From contig CDMY01000419.1 in assembly GCA_001179505.1 (NCBI GenBank), positions 1 through 64,000 of the forward strand: a stretch of 64,000 nucleotides of DNA, written 5' to 3'. The position numbers were made by a program, and so were the translations under genes. Below are positions 35,801-49,447 of this stretch, piece by piece; positions within the stretch are counted from its first letter, which is position 1; each line of letters begins with the position of its first letter. The notes beneath the pieces are model-generated. The model saw only the letters and a list, made by a program, of their open reading frames with translations. It was not told the DNA's origin and did no database searches. Source of the stretch: Vitrella brassicaformis CCMP3155 (Eukaryota; Protista; Chromerida).

Positions 35801-38800
35801 AGATATCCATAAATCGTACCATCCTTTGTTTACCTGCCATGCTGTGATGTCGCCGAAGCGCCGGGCGATCAAATGCCTGCATCCATTCATTGAGTGCAGT
35901 GTGTTGGCGGCTGGGCAACAAGGAGATTGCAGCGTGGAGTGAGTGACCGAGCCGACCAGAGTGGCATAGCGATTAATGCACCAAGGAGGAGGGAGCACAG
36001 CGCCATACCTATCGAGACACACATAACCGACGGCATTGATGCTTGAGGGGAGAGAGGGCACCAAATTGGATGGTATCTGTCTTTGTACCAAGGAGTATTT
36101 GCGAGTCGCATTCCTTTTCGTCGTCGATGGTTCGTTCGTCGGTGGGGTCGTAGTCCTCGCACACCACATGGACAGCGAAGTAGGGCATCATGGTCGCCAA
36201 CAGAGATAGCAGAGTCGTGTCCAACACCCACGGGATGATCATTGTCCTGCCCACAGTCAGTCAGTCAATCAGTCAGTCAGTCACACAGAGAGCAAGTGAA
36301 GCAAGCAGAGAAGGGGACACACCCACTCACTGTGCGACCTGAAAGGTCGGTTCTCGAGCACTCCTAATAGGGTCGGCACAATAATGTCGATCTTGCTCAT
36401 GCGAGGCGCGGAGACCTTATCTCCAGCACCAGCATGTTCGGGAGACGGGCGCTCCTTCTGGTCCTTGAAGCCCTCGTCCCACATGACCATCGGCTTGCTC
36501 TGCTGCTGGGGCGGCTTGTCACTGATGCTGCGCTGCCCGGGCACTATTGACGTGTCCCCGACTGGCTGCATCCCCGCACTTGGAACGTCGTCGAGTCTGT
36601 CACACACCGACCAGACACACACAAGGGATGATCTGTGTCTGTCTGTCTGTCTGTCTGTGTGTCTTTTTTCTCACTTGGCGGCTTCGCTGACGGTGAGGGA
36701 AATGCGCTCTTCCAAAACCCCGTCTAGATGGACAGCGGCATCAGCATCGACGATGGCGGTGATTGCACGCGATGGGGTCTCCCGGGTTTCGGGACCAGTG
36801 GCGGTGTTGCCGAGGAGATGGGCCGACTGTGACTTCCTGACCTGCTTTGGGTTGGCGAACCCCTTGACAGTCTTGAATCTGTAGTATCATGTACCGTGAG
36901 ACATGCACCATTTACTTGGTGATTGTTCCTTCGTTCGTTCGTTCGTCGGTCATCCATATTATCTGTGTGTGTGCCTACCTGTATTCCTCTTCCCCCTCTG
37001 GATTTTCTCTCAAAAGGTACACACATAGCAGCTGCACACGCAGACAAACAAGCTGACAACCCCTCCGTGTGTATATGTATGTGTGTATGTGTTTGTAGGC
37101 TCCCTGACCATCGCACAAAGGAAGTAGACTGAGAAGCTGATGCCCACAATGGAGAACGACAGCCAGATGTCTTGCTGACATCACACACGCACGCACGAAC
37201 AGACACAGACACAAACCAATCACGGCATGGACAGAAGTAGAAGGTCGGGCACGCAGATATACCTGGAGGCAATTGTCTTGGTACTCTTCCAGTTCGCAGT
37301 CTTCCTGAGCACTCCTCTGCACGGCTGAGCCGTTGGACGCAGCCTGGAAAAACTCCTCATCACACTCTAGACACAAACACACCGACAAACATAGCGCGGC
37401 AGATTGCGGGTGGACCGGGGAATGCATCAATCGCCCACCGACCTGAGACATCACATGGTCTGGCCCGCTTGACAGCTATCTCGGCCACCACCGGCAGCAC
37501 AGCGGCACCCAGCATTCCTGAGTGATTGATTGATGTAATAAACCCACCCAGACACGGGCAAATGTCTCAGCACAAACCACATGCCCGATTCATTACCGAT
37601 CATGGCGAATGCCTTGTTGACAAAAAACAGCTCGCGACGGGCACGCTGACTGAGTGCACGAGACAGAGCAAAGACACTTTCCGCCTCCCAACGCTTTTGC
37701 TGCGTCATTGGTGTTTCGATTAACTGACCTGGTCGTGATTTCCTGCCCCAGAGCGTTGTGTGGGACGTTCGTCAGCGTGTCAGCAAGGAAAAACAATATG
37801 TACAAAACGCCAAACCAGAGGCCTGAAACAAATCGATGGCCTCTTTGCCTGTCTGTCTGTGTGCTGGCTGAGCGTATGCCGCTCCGACCGATTTCCGGTC
37901 TGTCAATGAGTGTCGACCACGGCGTGCAGAGCAGGGACAGCAGCAACGCATAGAAGAAGCAGCCCACAAACATGAAGGGCCTCCTGCGACCCCAACGAGT
38001 GTGAGCAGAATCAGTAATGCTCGCCTGACACACAATCACGCGTATAACGGCATCGCATTCATGGCTTGTACCCTGCGCACCATTAATGGGTCGGTGAGCA
38101 CGTCGATTGATCGCCCAGCAGCCACAAAGAAAGCCAGGATGGCCAATGTCGCCTGGGATGTGGTGAGACATCATATTATCAATTTACAGACGAACATGTG
38201 TGTGTGCGTACCCCCAGTTTTTCGTATCGAGTCAACATGTGAACTCTGGTGGGGAGACGAGAACGGCAGGCGAATACCAACGCGCATACAAGAAACGGGT
38301 ATCATTTGTGGATGTGTGTATGTGGAAGGTCAAACACGAGAGCTGCTTACACAACCAGCAGGTTGACTGGACCGGTCTTTGCCAGCTCGGGCAAACCTGG
38401 AGAGAGAATGACGGCCGTCACACTCACACATGTCTCATCGCCGGCGGTACACCCTACCGTAGGCAATCTTCTTGTAAAATGGAATCGATCCTCTTGGGTC
38501 ACTGTTCACAAAGATACCCTGTTTCCGCTCCTGCAGATAACGAATGTCATTCATCGCCCCACAGCCGGCCCGTGCCACTCCCTCTGGCGCTCACTCACTC
38601 ACCTTGAGTCTCTGTTTGAGCAATTTCCATCTCGCCTGGCCCCTTTCCGATATCACAGACGGGCTACCGCCCCAAAATTTGCTCAGCTCTCTTCTTTTAT
38701 GAGCGAGCCGAGGGCTCTCCTGCACCAGCTCGAGCACGTAGGCCTTTTGGGGCTCGAAAATAAAGATCTCCGGGTCGACCGGCGTGGCCAATGTCTCGCC

Positions 38801-39451
38801 CTCCATCTGAGCAGATATATCGGCGACATGCGATGTGTTTCCTGCAGCAGCTGGCTACCTTGAGGGTGAACGACACTGATTCCGGGAGTCCCCTCTCTTT
38901 AAGAATCCGCAGACAGGCGGCTCTTACCAACTCTACCTCATTTTGGATACCGAATGGCATAATCTGGCCACAACAACAGCACACACAGTCAGTCTAAGGC
39001 CCCACAAGACAGCAGTGATCGATCAGACGACCTCTTTGTGTCTTTCTCCCAAATAAATCAATGTGTACCTTTACGGACAGAGACAGAGAGGATAGCGGCG
39101 CACGAACGCATGCAGCCCGAATTCGTTTGTTGACTTACTGCGGCCCGCTTGGGGCAGCGGTCGGCGGGCTTGTATGGGGTCTGCCGACAGGTGCCGTCAG
39201 CAATCTCCTGCGCCTGGTTGGACCGGCGGGGGTCGTGGGGGAGTGCTGTACGTGCAAATTGGGAGGTTCGCACTGCCCGGCCGTCGAACCTTTGTTCGTT
39301 GGGGATGTTTTTGCCTGAATGACAAATCATGAAGCAGCGTGTTGAGGGTATGAAGCCAGAGGAGATGGTACAGCGGAGTTACCTTACTCATCGGATTCCG
39401 TTCTGGCGTTGCTTTTGACGCCTCCTCATGCGCGTTCGGCGGCTGCTGCAT
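32814..39451 (-). CDS. MFS_2 (GPH/MFSD2-like) transporter with long N- and C-terminal extensions, many exons
   Basis: IPFYKKIAYG, AGRSIDVLTDPLM|ASITDSAHTRWGRRRPF, LADTLTNVPHNALGQEIT, AVFLTDNIL, SFVPKIVAVPAQAFPIAVIAAAGF, VVFLIRAFFVYIP. Start and end points are the least certain part. Confidence 0.85.
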
Positions 39452-39541
39452 CGTTCGAACTGGACCAGAGACTCTTGTAGATTCGGTTGGCTTCGATTAA
39501 TTCATCACCCTCTCCTCGCCCTGAGCCTGCGAGCTACCCCC

Positions 39542-42500
39542 ATGAGCCCCCACTTCCGGGCAATGGCTTCGCGCCATTTTGAACGACGCCGGAACGTCAA
39601 CGACGCCACCACTCCTGTGCACAAACGTCGGGCTCGTTCTGAAAAGGTTCCGAAGGAAGGCCGCGTTTTCCTCAGTGGGCGGGATGCTTGTTGTACTCGT
39701 CTTGGTGCTCAACGCAGGTTTGGATAGAATCCGATGAAAATGATGAACTCAACCGTGATGAGAAGATCCATCGCAAAATGGTCGATACACGATTGGTCGT
39801 GGGAGTGTCACTTGCCAAAGACTTTTCTTTCCTCCTCCTGACATGCCTTCAGGTCAGAGACATCATGCGGCTGGAGCAAGATGACTACTCAGTAAGCCAA
39901 GGATGACCAACAGACTTGCTTTGTCCTGCTACACTACTTCGGTTTTAGCGCCAGGAATCCTTCGAGAGTGCTGTGAGACAACAAGCTGACGAGGAGCCGA
40001 CATCACTATCGCCCGTTGTCAAGGTCAAGGGTCATGAAGGCGCACACGCTGCATCAACAAAAGCCGTCCCCGTACCGAGTGGATCAGCAGTGCGATTTGA
40101 TTTGGCGGGCTTTGCAAAGCCTCCCGCGAATGACACATGCTCTCCAAAGACCGCACGAACGGAGACGACGGACTCGAGCAAGAGGACGTCTGTCAGCAGC
40201 GTGGGACTCGAGCTTTATTCAGGAAATCTGTCAGACGTCGTCTCAGCTGCTCTTCTTATGACATGGACGTTCCTGGCTATCGTCGGCATCGTGGTGGAGC
40301 AGATTGAAGAAAAGCTGCCCGAGTTGTGGGACAAGCGAGGCGGAAACTTGTTCTTTTCCATAGAACGATACCTATCCAAATACTATGATGTTTCCAACAA
40401 CTATCGCTGGATAGAGCAGCCGGATTGGCCGGCAATCCTGCGTGGCTCGGTGTGGTCAATTCTTAGTTTTCTGTGTTTTTTCACTCTGGTTTCCCAAACG
40501 CTCTTCTGGCGCAAGCAGGTTGCCATCGCCATCGAGAGCAGAGTAAGGCGGGTGAGAGCGAGGGCCCCACTGCGACTATTATTTTCTGCGCTGATTGTTG
40601 CAGATCAATGCTTACGTCCTGAATCGGCAGCGGAAAGCCATTCTGCGGAGCACACAAAGGAGAATCCCTCTTGCCGAGGACGCAAACATGCATAGTGGCA
40701 GCTCGCTGATGGAGAGGCGGTCGCCAAAGAAGGGCAATGCTCACTTGACCAAGGACCCTGTCAGGATCTCTTGCTTCCAGAGACTTAGGTGGCGATTCAG
40801 TATCGCGTGGTTCACGTAAGCATTCGATGTCTCCTCCTGGACTCATCTATGATACATTATGTGTGTGGGTCTGTCTTGGCAGGATGTTAGGGACGACTGG
40901 CAAGGCCTTCTTTTTCTTCTACTTCAACAATGTAGGAGAAGAAATCTCGTTTCTCACTTGCTTTGTTATCGGCCTACTTTTGCTTCTCTTCAGGAGATGC
41001 TCATGCTAGTTTTGCAAGGTTACGATTGCCTTTACCTAGGGGGTTTTGACTTGATCTCTTTTGACGAGGTGCCAGCGGGGCATTCTGGTCAAAGCGACGC
41101 TCGCCGGGCTAATCGCCGTCCACTCACTGATTGTGCTCCTCATCTACCGCAGCCGGCGGCGTGTCCTGGCAATTTTCTTGTCGCTTCCATTCTCAATCGC
41201 CTATGGGCTCCACGACATGTATGGAAAGATAAATAATCATGTGCGCTCATCGATCCTTGTGTCTTTAGACTGCTTAACGTGCACAATGCCAGCTCCACGG
41301 TGGATTGGGGGAATCTATTACACATGAAGACAAAGAAAGGTGTCGTCCTGGCCTTGGCGGCTCTCTACCCCAGCGGCAGCGCATGGTACCGAGTACAGCA
41401 AATCCGTGTACGTGGACACACTAGTTTTCCTTTGTGGCCGCCATCGATGCAGGTGGAAGCTATGGAAGCTCGGATCGATACTGCTTGTCAGGTCGTACGT
41501 CACGTACCGATCACAAAAGAGGGGCGACTCTGTCAAGCAACACACGGCCACTTGGTTGATGCGAATGATCGGGCCGGTGCGACACTGGTGCGCAACCACT
41601 GTTTCGCGCACAATCAGCCGGGCTATGTCTCGCAGCAAGCGAAGCGGGGCCAGCCACATGGACGACGCACAGAATCGTCATCACGACGACAAAATCGCTT
41701 GCGACCAGAATGGAGGCGGCGTGGCCGACTGCCAACAACAACGTGGCGAGGAGGGAGGCGAAAGAACAGCCGGCTCACACGGGATCGATTGCTGCTCCAA
41801 GACTATATCGAAGCTTGAGCTTTCCCTGCGTGGCTGAACGTCAATCGGGAGCTCCACTCAGAAGCGGCAGGGCACACTGCCTAAAGGAGAGCCCTCTCGT
41901 CTCGACTGAGACGCTCAAGGAATGGTGGATCACGTATCGGGCGGCTTATTTGCCTGAGACCCGCCGCTTGTCCTTTCCCTGCTCTCGGCCCCCACAGCCA
42001 GCGGGCGACACGGATATTGAAGAAGACGAGGATACAGAAGACATTGTCAAGGAGAGGGCAGGATGTCTGACAGCTCGGTGCTCGACCTATTGTGCCCAAA
42101 CGAAGGTTCGGTCACAGGCTGCGTCTCTCCGTGGCTGTGCGGGTGACGTTGAGACAGTAGACAGCTGTGTCTTGGAGGTCGAGAGTAACCATGAGGGCCA
42201 AGACGATGCCCTCAACGTGGATGCTGACATCGTCGGCATGTTGCCGCCAAGTCAGCTGATAATGGCGGAAGCCAAACTAAGTGAAAAACTCTCGAGTGAG
42301 GGGTAAGGAAAACAGCACATCTGAAAGACTTGTGATCATCCGTCTGGTCTGGGGTGGCAGCTTTGACATTGACACTCCCAAGAACGTCGAGGAGCAGCTT
42401 GTTCGACAGTGGACGCCTCAAAAGCTTACGCCGGTACTGTTGAGGGGCCTGGCCGCCAAAATGGAAAGCATGAAGACAAACGAAAGGATTCGGTGGTCCG

Positions 42501-44075
42501 TAAGAAGATCACCCGAAGGGTCACAGAAGATGGAAAAAACCTGATTACTGCTCTACGTGTCCCATTTGACGAAGGTATGAGAGGAATGTACTCTTTCCAA
42601 TCCTCTGCTGCTGGGCCGTTGTTACGTGGACCTCCCTTGGCTTTCTCCTTTTCCAACTCGCAAGGGCTGGCACAGGTACAGTGTGACCAATTTGTATCGT
42701 ATGTATTCTCATTGAGTGACTCTCGGGGCAGAATGCTCCAAGGTGAGCGGGTACGAGCATTGTATCCTCAAGACGTATCCACCATTTGGCCCCCGGAGAA
42801 GCCAGGTCAACAAAAACAAAAGAGGAGTACCTCTGCCATGCAACTGGTGGGACAGAGCCAATCATTGACGTGCGATCCCGTGGACGCGCACACTGTCTCC
42901 GTCCGCGTGTGTGTCTGTAGCCGCTACTACTCGGGCGATCGCAGAGAGCAGCTGATATCGAACGAAGCTTTTGCTAGAGGCTTCGAGACATACACGACGA
43001 TCCAGGGCGCTGACCTGACATTTGAGGGGGCACCCGCTTTAGTTAACGCTCTGCAGACGGGAGATGTCGAGAACGTGGACCGCATACCCCCATCGATCGG
43101 CAATCAGCGATTCATGTACAGCAAGCTGTAATTACCAATTCATGCGTACATCTGCCTAATCTCTGCCTGGGCTGCAGGGTTTTCCTGGTGCTCACGTGGT
43201 CCCAGTTGACATCCATTCCCAAAGAAGTCTGCTTATTGTCTAATCTGGTTTACCTCGCCGTCGATTGGTCCAACCTCGATGGGACGACTTTTCCGGACTG
43301 TCTTTGGCTGATGCCCCGGCTGGAGAAGGCCGACTTTTCTTACGGAAACATAGCCGCGCTGCCCAGTTCCCTCGCTGGGTCAACTTCCTTCAAGCATTTC
43401 AGTCTGAGAGGAAATCCAGTACGGGAGACATTGAACAGCTTGCCGAGATACATCCTCTCGTGCTTATTCAATGCAGATATGCCACAACGGATGGATGGAC
43501 GCGGTGTCCGGTGCCGTAGCCGAATTCTTCGACAGGCTCATTTCACCGCCTTGCAGAAGCACAAGTTCTGTGGGCGAAGAGCTGACGGGGACAGAGTGCA
43601 CTCCTGCATGCCGAGTGGTCATTGATTGGTTTGATGCCCTCGACCAAGACCAAAATGGCATACTGTGAGCGCCAGCAATACAAGCCGCTTGTGTCTCATC
43701 GTTGGGTCAAGCAATCATGTGTGTGCCCCTCAGGTGTTGGGACGAAGTCGGTTTGATACTTCAGCGTGAGATCACACTTGCACCGTTGGTATCCATCGTT
43801 AGATTGTCTGCACACATGTACGGTCTTTGTGTGCAGGGACTTCATTGACATATAAACGCTTTTTGAAGCTGCTCAAGACACATCAGCCTTGGACCGCGCC
43901 CTATTATGAGTGTGCGAATTTCAACACGATTGGAATATGGTATGATTGCACTGACGATTTCCATCTATATGTGAGTCCTATCCGTCCGTATCCTATCAGG
44001 ATGACTGGCGGTGAGAGTAACTGTCAGCAGTGCCCCTATGTCCTTCTGCCACTTCTCCCCGTGCCGCTGGGATGA
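39542..44075 (+). pseudogene. TM-LRR gene, tandem copy A; carries two 2-nt frameshifts relative to copy B
   Basis: Collinear with 44833-49447. Relative to copy B, 2 nt are missing at ~41084 (cattctggtc vs cattttttagtc) and at ~41766 (aaagaacagcc vs aaagaaagcagcc). LRR exon QLTSIPKEVCLLSNLVYLAV...FPDCLWLMPRLEKADFSYGNIAALP...FSLRGNP|IC; EF-hand-like DQDQNGIL. Confidence 0.65.
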
Positions 44076-44832
44076 ATGTGCCAGCCTAGAAAGAGTTTCA
44101 TTTGTGGGTTTGTGGATTGCACTTTGGGTGACGCACAAGGATGAGTGCCGGCAGCTAGACAGTAAGGCATTCATCACAATGGTCGCATGTCATGTGTGTG
44201 TCGTGTATACGTAATGTCGGGGACAGGGAGTGTGCTTTCTGTCGGTCAGTAGCTGTTGCGTGGTAGACAAAGCTGCATACGCACAGACAGACGCGTCATC
44301 ACAATTGCGTCATCAGGCGACGGAGAGCTGCGAGTTTATGTGTTTCACACGCACATGATAATGTCACTCATTCATGCTTTCACTCATCATTTGCCTTGTC
44401 TCTCCTCTGCTTCTCTTTCTCTCGCCATGATTTACTGTATTTGTTTTCGTCTCTCGCACCACGAAACCAGTCATATCGTCATGTCATTGCAAGAATCAAT
44501 CAGCGCCACCAGGGCCACATGGACGGGCCCTTCTCGTGCACAGCCATGGCTGCCGCCATTCTGTTTGCGCGCTCAGCCCGGCCCTGCACGGCCCCCGAAG
44601 CCCGTTCTCCTGTTTTCTCTCCAAGAACGGGGGCTTTTCTCCCCGTCGGGCTGGCGGGACTCGCTCGCGTTCCCGAAACGAAATGCAAAGCCCCAATGCA
44701 TGCAAAGCCCCCAAGCTCGCATGCAAGCCCCCACAAGGGAACCGAAGGGAATTGCTAGCTTGGCCCCAATTACGGACGTACGTAAGAGCGTGCCACGCTC
44801 GTGAAACTCGCGAGTCCCGAACAAGCACCACG

Positions 44833-47800
44833 ATGTTGTCCGAAGCCCGCTTTGGAACGGTAAGTCTTCTACACACCAACTGTCCACTGTGGAAACTGCA
44901 GCACTACTCAGGTTTGCCAAGAAGACAGCTGGGTCCATCGGACAATGGTTGGCAGCTTGCTTCTTGCACACGGCAAAGGAAGACCCATGTTTCTTCTCAT
45001 TACTGGCATGCAGGTCAGAGATCTCATGCGGCTGGAGCAAGGGGATGAATTATCAGTGAGCGAACTTCAAGCAATGACCATTCACGAAGAACCGATTTGT
45101 TTTGTCCTGCTACACTTCGACGTTCAGCCCGAGGGATCCCCGGCGGCGGCTCCAGTGAGACAGCACGCTCACAAAGGGCCAACACCAGTGTCGCCGAGAG
45201 GATTGGGGGACGCATTCAAGGTCAAGGGTGATGAAAGCGCACACGCCGCATCAACAAGGGCCGTCACCGTACCGGATGGGTCCGCAATTCGGTTTGATCC
45301 GGCTGGCTTTGCAAAGTTCCGACGTGACACATGCTCTGCAAAGACAGCACGAACGGAGACGACGGATTCGAGCAAAAGGACGTCTGTCAGCAGCGTGGGA
45401 CTCGAGCTTTATTCAGGAAATCTGTCAGACGTCGTCTCAGCTGCTCTTCTTATCACGTGGATGTTCCTAGCTGTGGTCGGCGCTGCATGTGCCCTGCGTG
45501 CCGTCGCCGAGCAATTGGACGAGAAGCTTTCCGAGTTGTGGTAGGAGACCGCTTTTCAAGCGGTTATCTTTTGTATGATGCTCACCGTTGCTTTCAGGGA
45601 CATGCAAGGGACAGACAAGTTCACCTCTTTTGATCACTACCTCTCTGTCAACTATGATGTATCCAGTAACTTTCAATGGGTAATCAAGATGCACGTACTT
45701 ATTGTGCAAAGATGTCTGGCTGATTTGCGATATAGGTGGAGCAACCGAACCCGTCGGCAATCCTTCGTGGCTGCCTCTGGTCCCTTATCAGTCTTCTGTG
45801 TCTCTTCACTCTGGTTGCCCAAACGCTCTTTTGGCGCAAAGAGGTGAACTTTGTCATCGAGAGCAGAGTAAGGCGGGTGAGACCAGGGCCCCACTGCTAC
45901 AGCCGTGAATTGACACTCTCTGCTTGATATGTCGCAGATCAATGCTTACATTCTGAATCGAAAGAGAAAAGTAAGCGATTTTCAAACGAGAAGTTGGTTG
46001 CAAATCAGCGCTGAGGACATGTGTGAAGGCCATTCTGAGGAGCACACGAAGGAAAATCCCACTTGCGGACGGCAACATGCGTAGCGGCAGCTCGCTGATG
46101 GAGAGGCGGTCGCCACAAAAGGGCAGTGCTCACTTGACCGAGCCGCCTGTCAAGGTCTGGTGCCTTCAGAGGCTTAGGTGGCAGTTGAGCATCACATGGT
46201 TCACGTGAGCACCCTATGTCTTTCTTTGGTTTATCAATGATGAATTGCCTTGTGTGGGTGTGTTGGCAGGATGTTAGGCACAACTGGCAAGGCCTTCTTC
46301 TTATTTTACTTTGGAAACGAGATGCTTTTGTTGATTTTGGAAGGCTACAAATGTCTTTACCTCGGTGGTTTCGACTTGGTCTCTTTGGATGAGGTGCCAG
46401 CGGGGCATTTTTTAGTCCAAGCGATGCTCGCCGGGCTGATTGCCGTCCACTCACTTGCTGTGCTCTTTATCTACCGCAGCCGGCGGCGCGTGCTGGCCAT
46501 ATTATCTTCGCTCTGTTTTTCGCTCGCCTATACGCTCCACGACATGTAAAAAGCAGAGCACTTATCAGACTTTTGCATTCGTCAGCTGCTTGCCTTCGTA
46601 TCGTTATGTCTCCAGGCTGCTTAATGTGCACAATGCCAGCTCAACGGTGGATTGGGGGAATATATTATTTTTGAAAACAGACAAGAGTTTCGTGTTGGCT
46701 CTCGCCTCCCTCTACCCAGCCGGCAGCTCATGGTACGTCGTACACCTGGATGTATACACGTGCACGTGTACGTGGACACACTAGTTTTCCTTTGTGGCCG
46801 CCATCGATGCAGGTGGAAGCTATGGAAGCTCGGATCGATACTGCTTGTCAGATCGTACGTTACATACCGATCACAAAAGAGGGGCGACTCTGTCAAGCAA
46901 CACACGGCCACTTGGTTGATGCGAATGATCGGGCCAGTGCGACACTGGTGCGCAACCACTGTTTCTCGCACAATCAGCCGGGCTATGTCTCGCAGCAAGC
47001 GAAGCGGGGCCAGCCACGTGGACGACACAAAAAATCGTCATCACGACGACAAAATCGCTTGCGACCAGAATGGAAGCGGCGTTGCAGACTGCCAACAACA
47101 ACGTGGCGAGGAGGGAGGCGAAAGAAAGCAGCCGGCTCACACGGAATCGCTGGCTGCTCCAAGACTATATCGAAGCTTGAGCTTTCCCTGCGCGGCTGAA
47201 CGTCAATCGGGAGCGCCACTTAGAAGCGGCAGCGCACATTGCCTGAAAGAGAGCCCTCTCGTCTCGAGTGAGACGCTCAAGGAATGGTGGATCACGTATC
47301 GGGCGGCATATTTTCTTGAGACCCGCCGCTTGTCCTTTCCCTGCTCTCGGCTCCCCCAGCCAGCAGGAGACACGGATATTGAAGACGAGGACACAGAAGA
47401 CGACGAGAGCCCACCATGTCGGGAAGAGCGCCTGACAACTCGGTGCTCGACCTATTCTGCCCAAACGAAGGTTCGATCACAGGCTGCGTCTCTCCGTGGC
47501 TGTACAGGTGACGTTGAGACAGTAGACAGCTGTGTCTTGGAGGTCGAGAGGAACCATGAGGGCCAAGACGATGCCCTCAACGTGGATGCCGACATCGTCG
47601 GCATGTTGCCGCCAAGTCAGCTGATAATGGCGGAAGCCAAACTAAGTGAAAAACTCTCGAATGAGGGGTAAGGAAAACAGCACATCTGACAAACTTGTGA
47701 TCATCCGTCTGTTCTGGGGTGGCAGCTTTGACGTTGACACTCCCAAAAACGTCGAAGAGCCGCTTGTTCGACAGTGGACGCCTCAACAGCTTATGCGGAC

Positions 47801-49447
47801 ACTGTTGAGAGGCATGAGCGCGAAAATGGAAGGCGTGAAGACAGGCGAAAGGATTCAGTGGTGCGTAGCAAAATCACCAAAGGTCTATATATAGGGCAAG
47901 AAACAACCAACTTTTCCACATCTCCCATTCACACAGGTGGGAAAGCTACTTTTTCTTCCCCATTCTCTGCTGCTGGGCCATTGTCGTCTGGAGCTTTTTT
48001 GGATTTATCGTTTTCCAGCTGGCAAGGGCTGGCACAGGTAGAAGAGGTGATCAATGTGTATCGTTTGTATTTTCATTGAGTGACTCTCGCGGCCTACAGA
48101 GTGTCCAAGGTGAGCGGGTACGAGCATTGTATCCTCAAGACGTATCCACCATTTGGCCCTCGGCGAAGCCAAGTCAACAAAAGCAAAAGAGGAGTACTGC
48201 CTCTGCCATGCAACTGGTAAGATGATTCGAGCCACTCACTCACATGCGATTCCCTAACCATGCACTGTGTCTCCGTCCGCGTCTGTGTCTGCAGTCGTTA
48301 TTACTCCGGCGACCGCACCGAGCAGCTGATATCGAACGAGGCCTTTTCCCGAGGCTTCGAGATATACACAACGATACAGGGGGCTCATCTCACATTTGAG
48401 GGGGCACCCGCTTTAGTTAACGCTCTGAAGACGGGAAATGTCAAGAACGTGGACCGCATTCCCCCATCGATTGGCAATCAGCGATTCATGTACAGCAAGC
48501 TGTAATTATCGATTTGTGCATACGTCTGTCTAAAACTCTTTCTGTTTCATCGCTCTGCAGGAGGTTCTTTGGGCTCACATGGACTCAGCTGACGTCAATT
48601 CCGGAGGAGGTCTGCCTGTTGTCCAATTTGATTTACCTCGCCATCATTTGGTCCAACCTTGAAACCTTTCCGGACTGCCTTTGGGATATGCCGAAGTTGC
48701 TGAATGCCGATTTTGGCTACGGGAGAATAGCCGCGCTGCCCAAGTCTCTGACTAGGTCAAAACTTCAGCATCTCAGCCTCAGAGGAAATCCAGTACGCGA
48801 GGCATTGAACAACTTTCAGATACATCCTCTCGTGCTCATTCAATACAGATATGCCACAACGGCTGGATGGAGACGACCGGTTTACCCACTGATTTCTTCG
48901 GAAGGCTCAATTCCAAGCCCTGCGGAGATGTCAACTCTTTTGGCATCAGCTCTTATGTCGACGAAGAACCTAGACACGAGTGCGTTTCTGCATGCCGCAT
49001 GGTCACTGATTGGTTTGGTGCCCTCGACCAAGACCAAAATGGCATACTGTGAGCGCCGGCAATGGACGCCGCTTGTGTCTCATTATTTATCGGATCCATT
49101 ATGTGCGTACGCATCAGGTGTTGGGACGAAGTTGGCGTGATGCTGCAAAGTGGGATTCACCTGTGTCATGCATATGAATGCTCATACATGCCTCTTCATG
49201 CAATGCATGCAGGGACTTCGCTGACCTACGAACTGTTTTTGAAGCTCTTGGGGACACATCAGCCCTACTTTCCGTTACAATGCGCTACCTTCTATACGAT
49301 TGGGAAGTGGTACGCCTCATCGACTCTGTGTCACTCAGATGCTTCTATGTGTGTGGATCGGCTCTCAGGTTGACCGGCGGTAAAAGCGACTGTCTCGAGT
49401 GCCCCTATGCAGTCCTTCCGCCACTTCTCCCCATGCCGCATGGATGA
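44833..49447 (+). CDS. Multi-TM protein with C-terminal LRR, EF-hand-like loop and Cys-rich end, tandem copy B
   Basis: Hydrophobic segments (VVSAALLITWMFLAVVGA; CLWSLISLLCLFTLVAQ; MLAGLIAVHSLAVLFIY; FFFPILCCWAIVVWSFFGFIVFQLA), LRRs QLTSIPEEVCLLSNLIYLAIIWSNLETFPDCLWDMPKLLNADFGYGRIAALP, cap LSLRGNP|IC, ALDQDQNGIL. One exon at ~48100 needs a shifted acceptor or has a 1-nt deletion. Confidence 0.75.

Noticed and set aside
42480-42600. Apparent in-frame stop in copy A before the last TM exon
   Set aside because: Resolved by the acceptor at tgacgaag, homologous to ttcacacag in copy B; both then read W..E...FPILCCW with no lesion.
44690-44740. Imperfect tandem gcatgcaa(a)gccccc repeats upstream of copy B
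   Set aside because: Two to three short copies only; insufficient to call a regulatory element or transposon end.
2275-49212. Recurrent TGCATGCA (known ApiAP2-type motif) at ~2280, 2908, 23395, 35367, 44698, 49203
   Set aside because: Most copies are intronic or part of an (ATGC)n microsatellite; no positional bias toward promoters is visible in this window.
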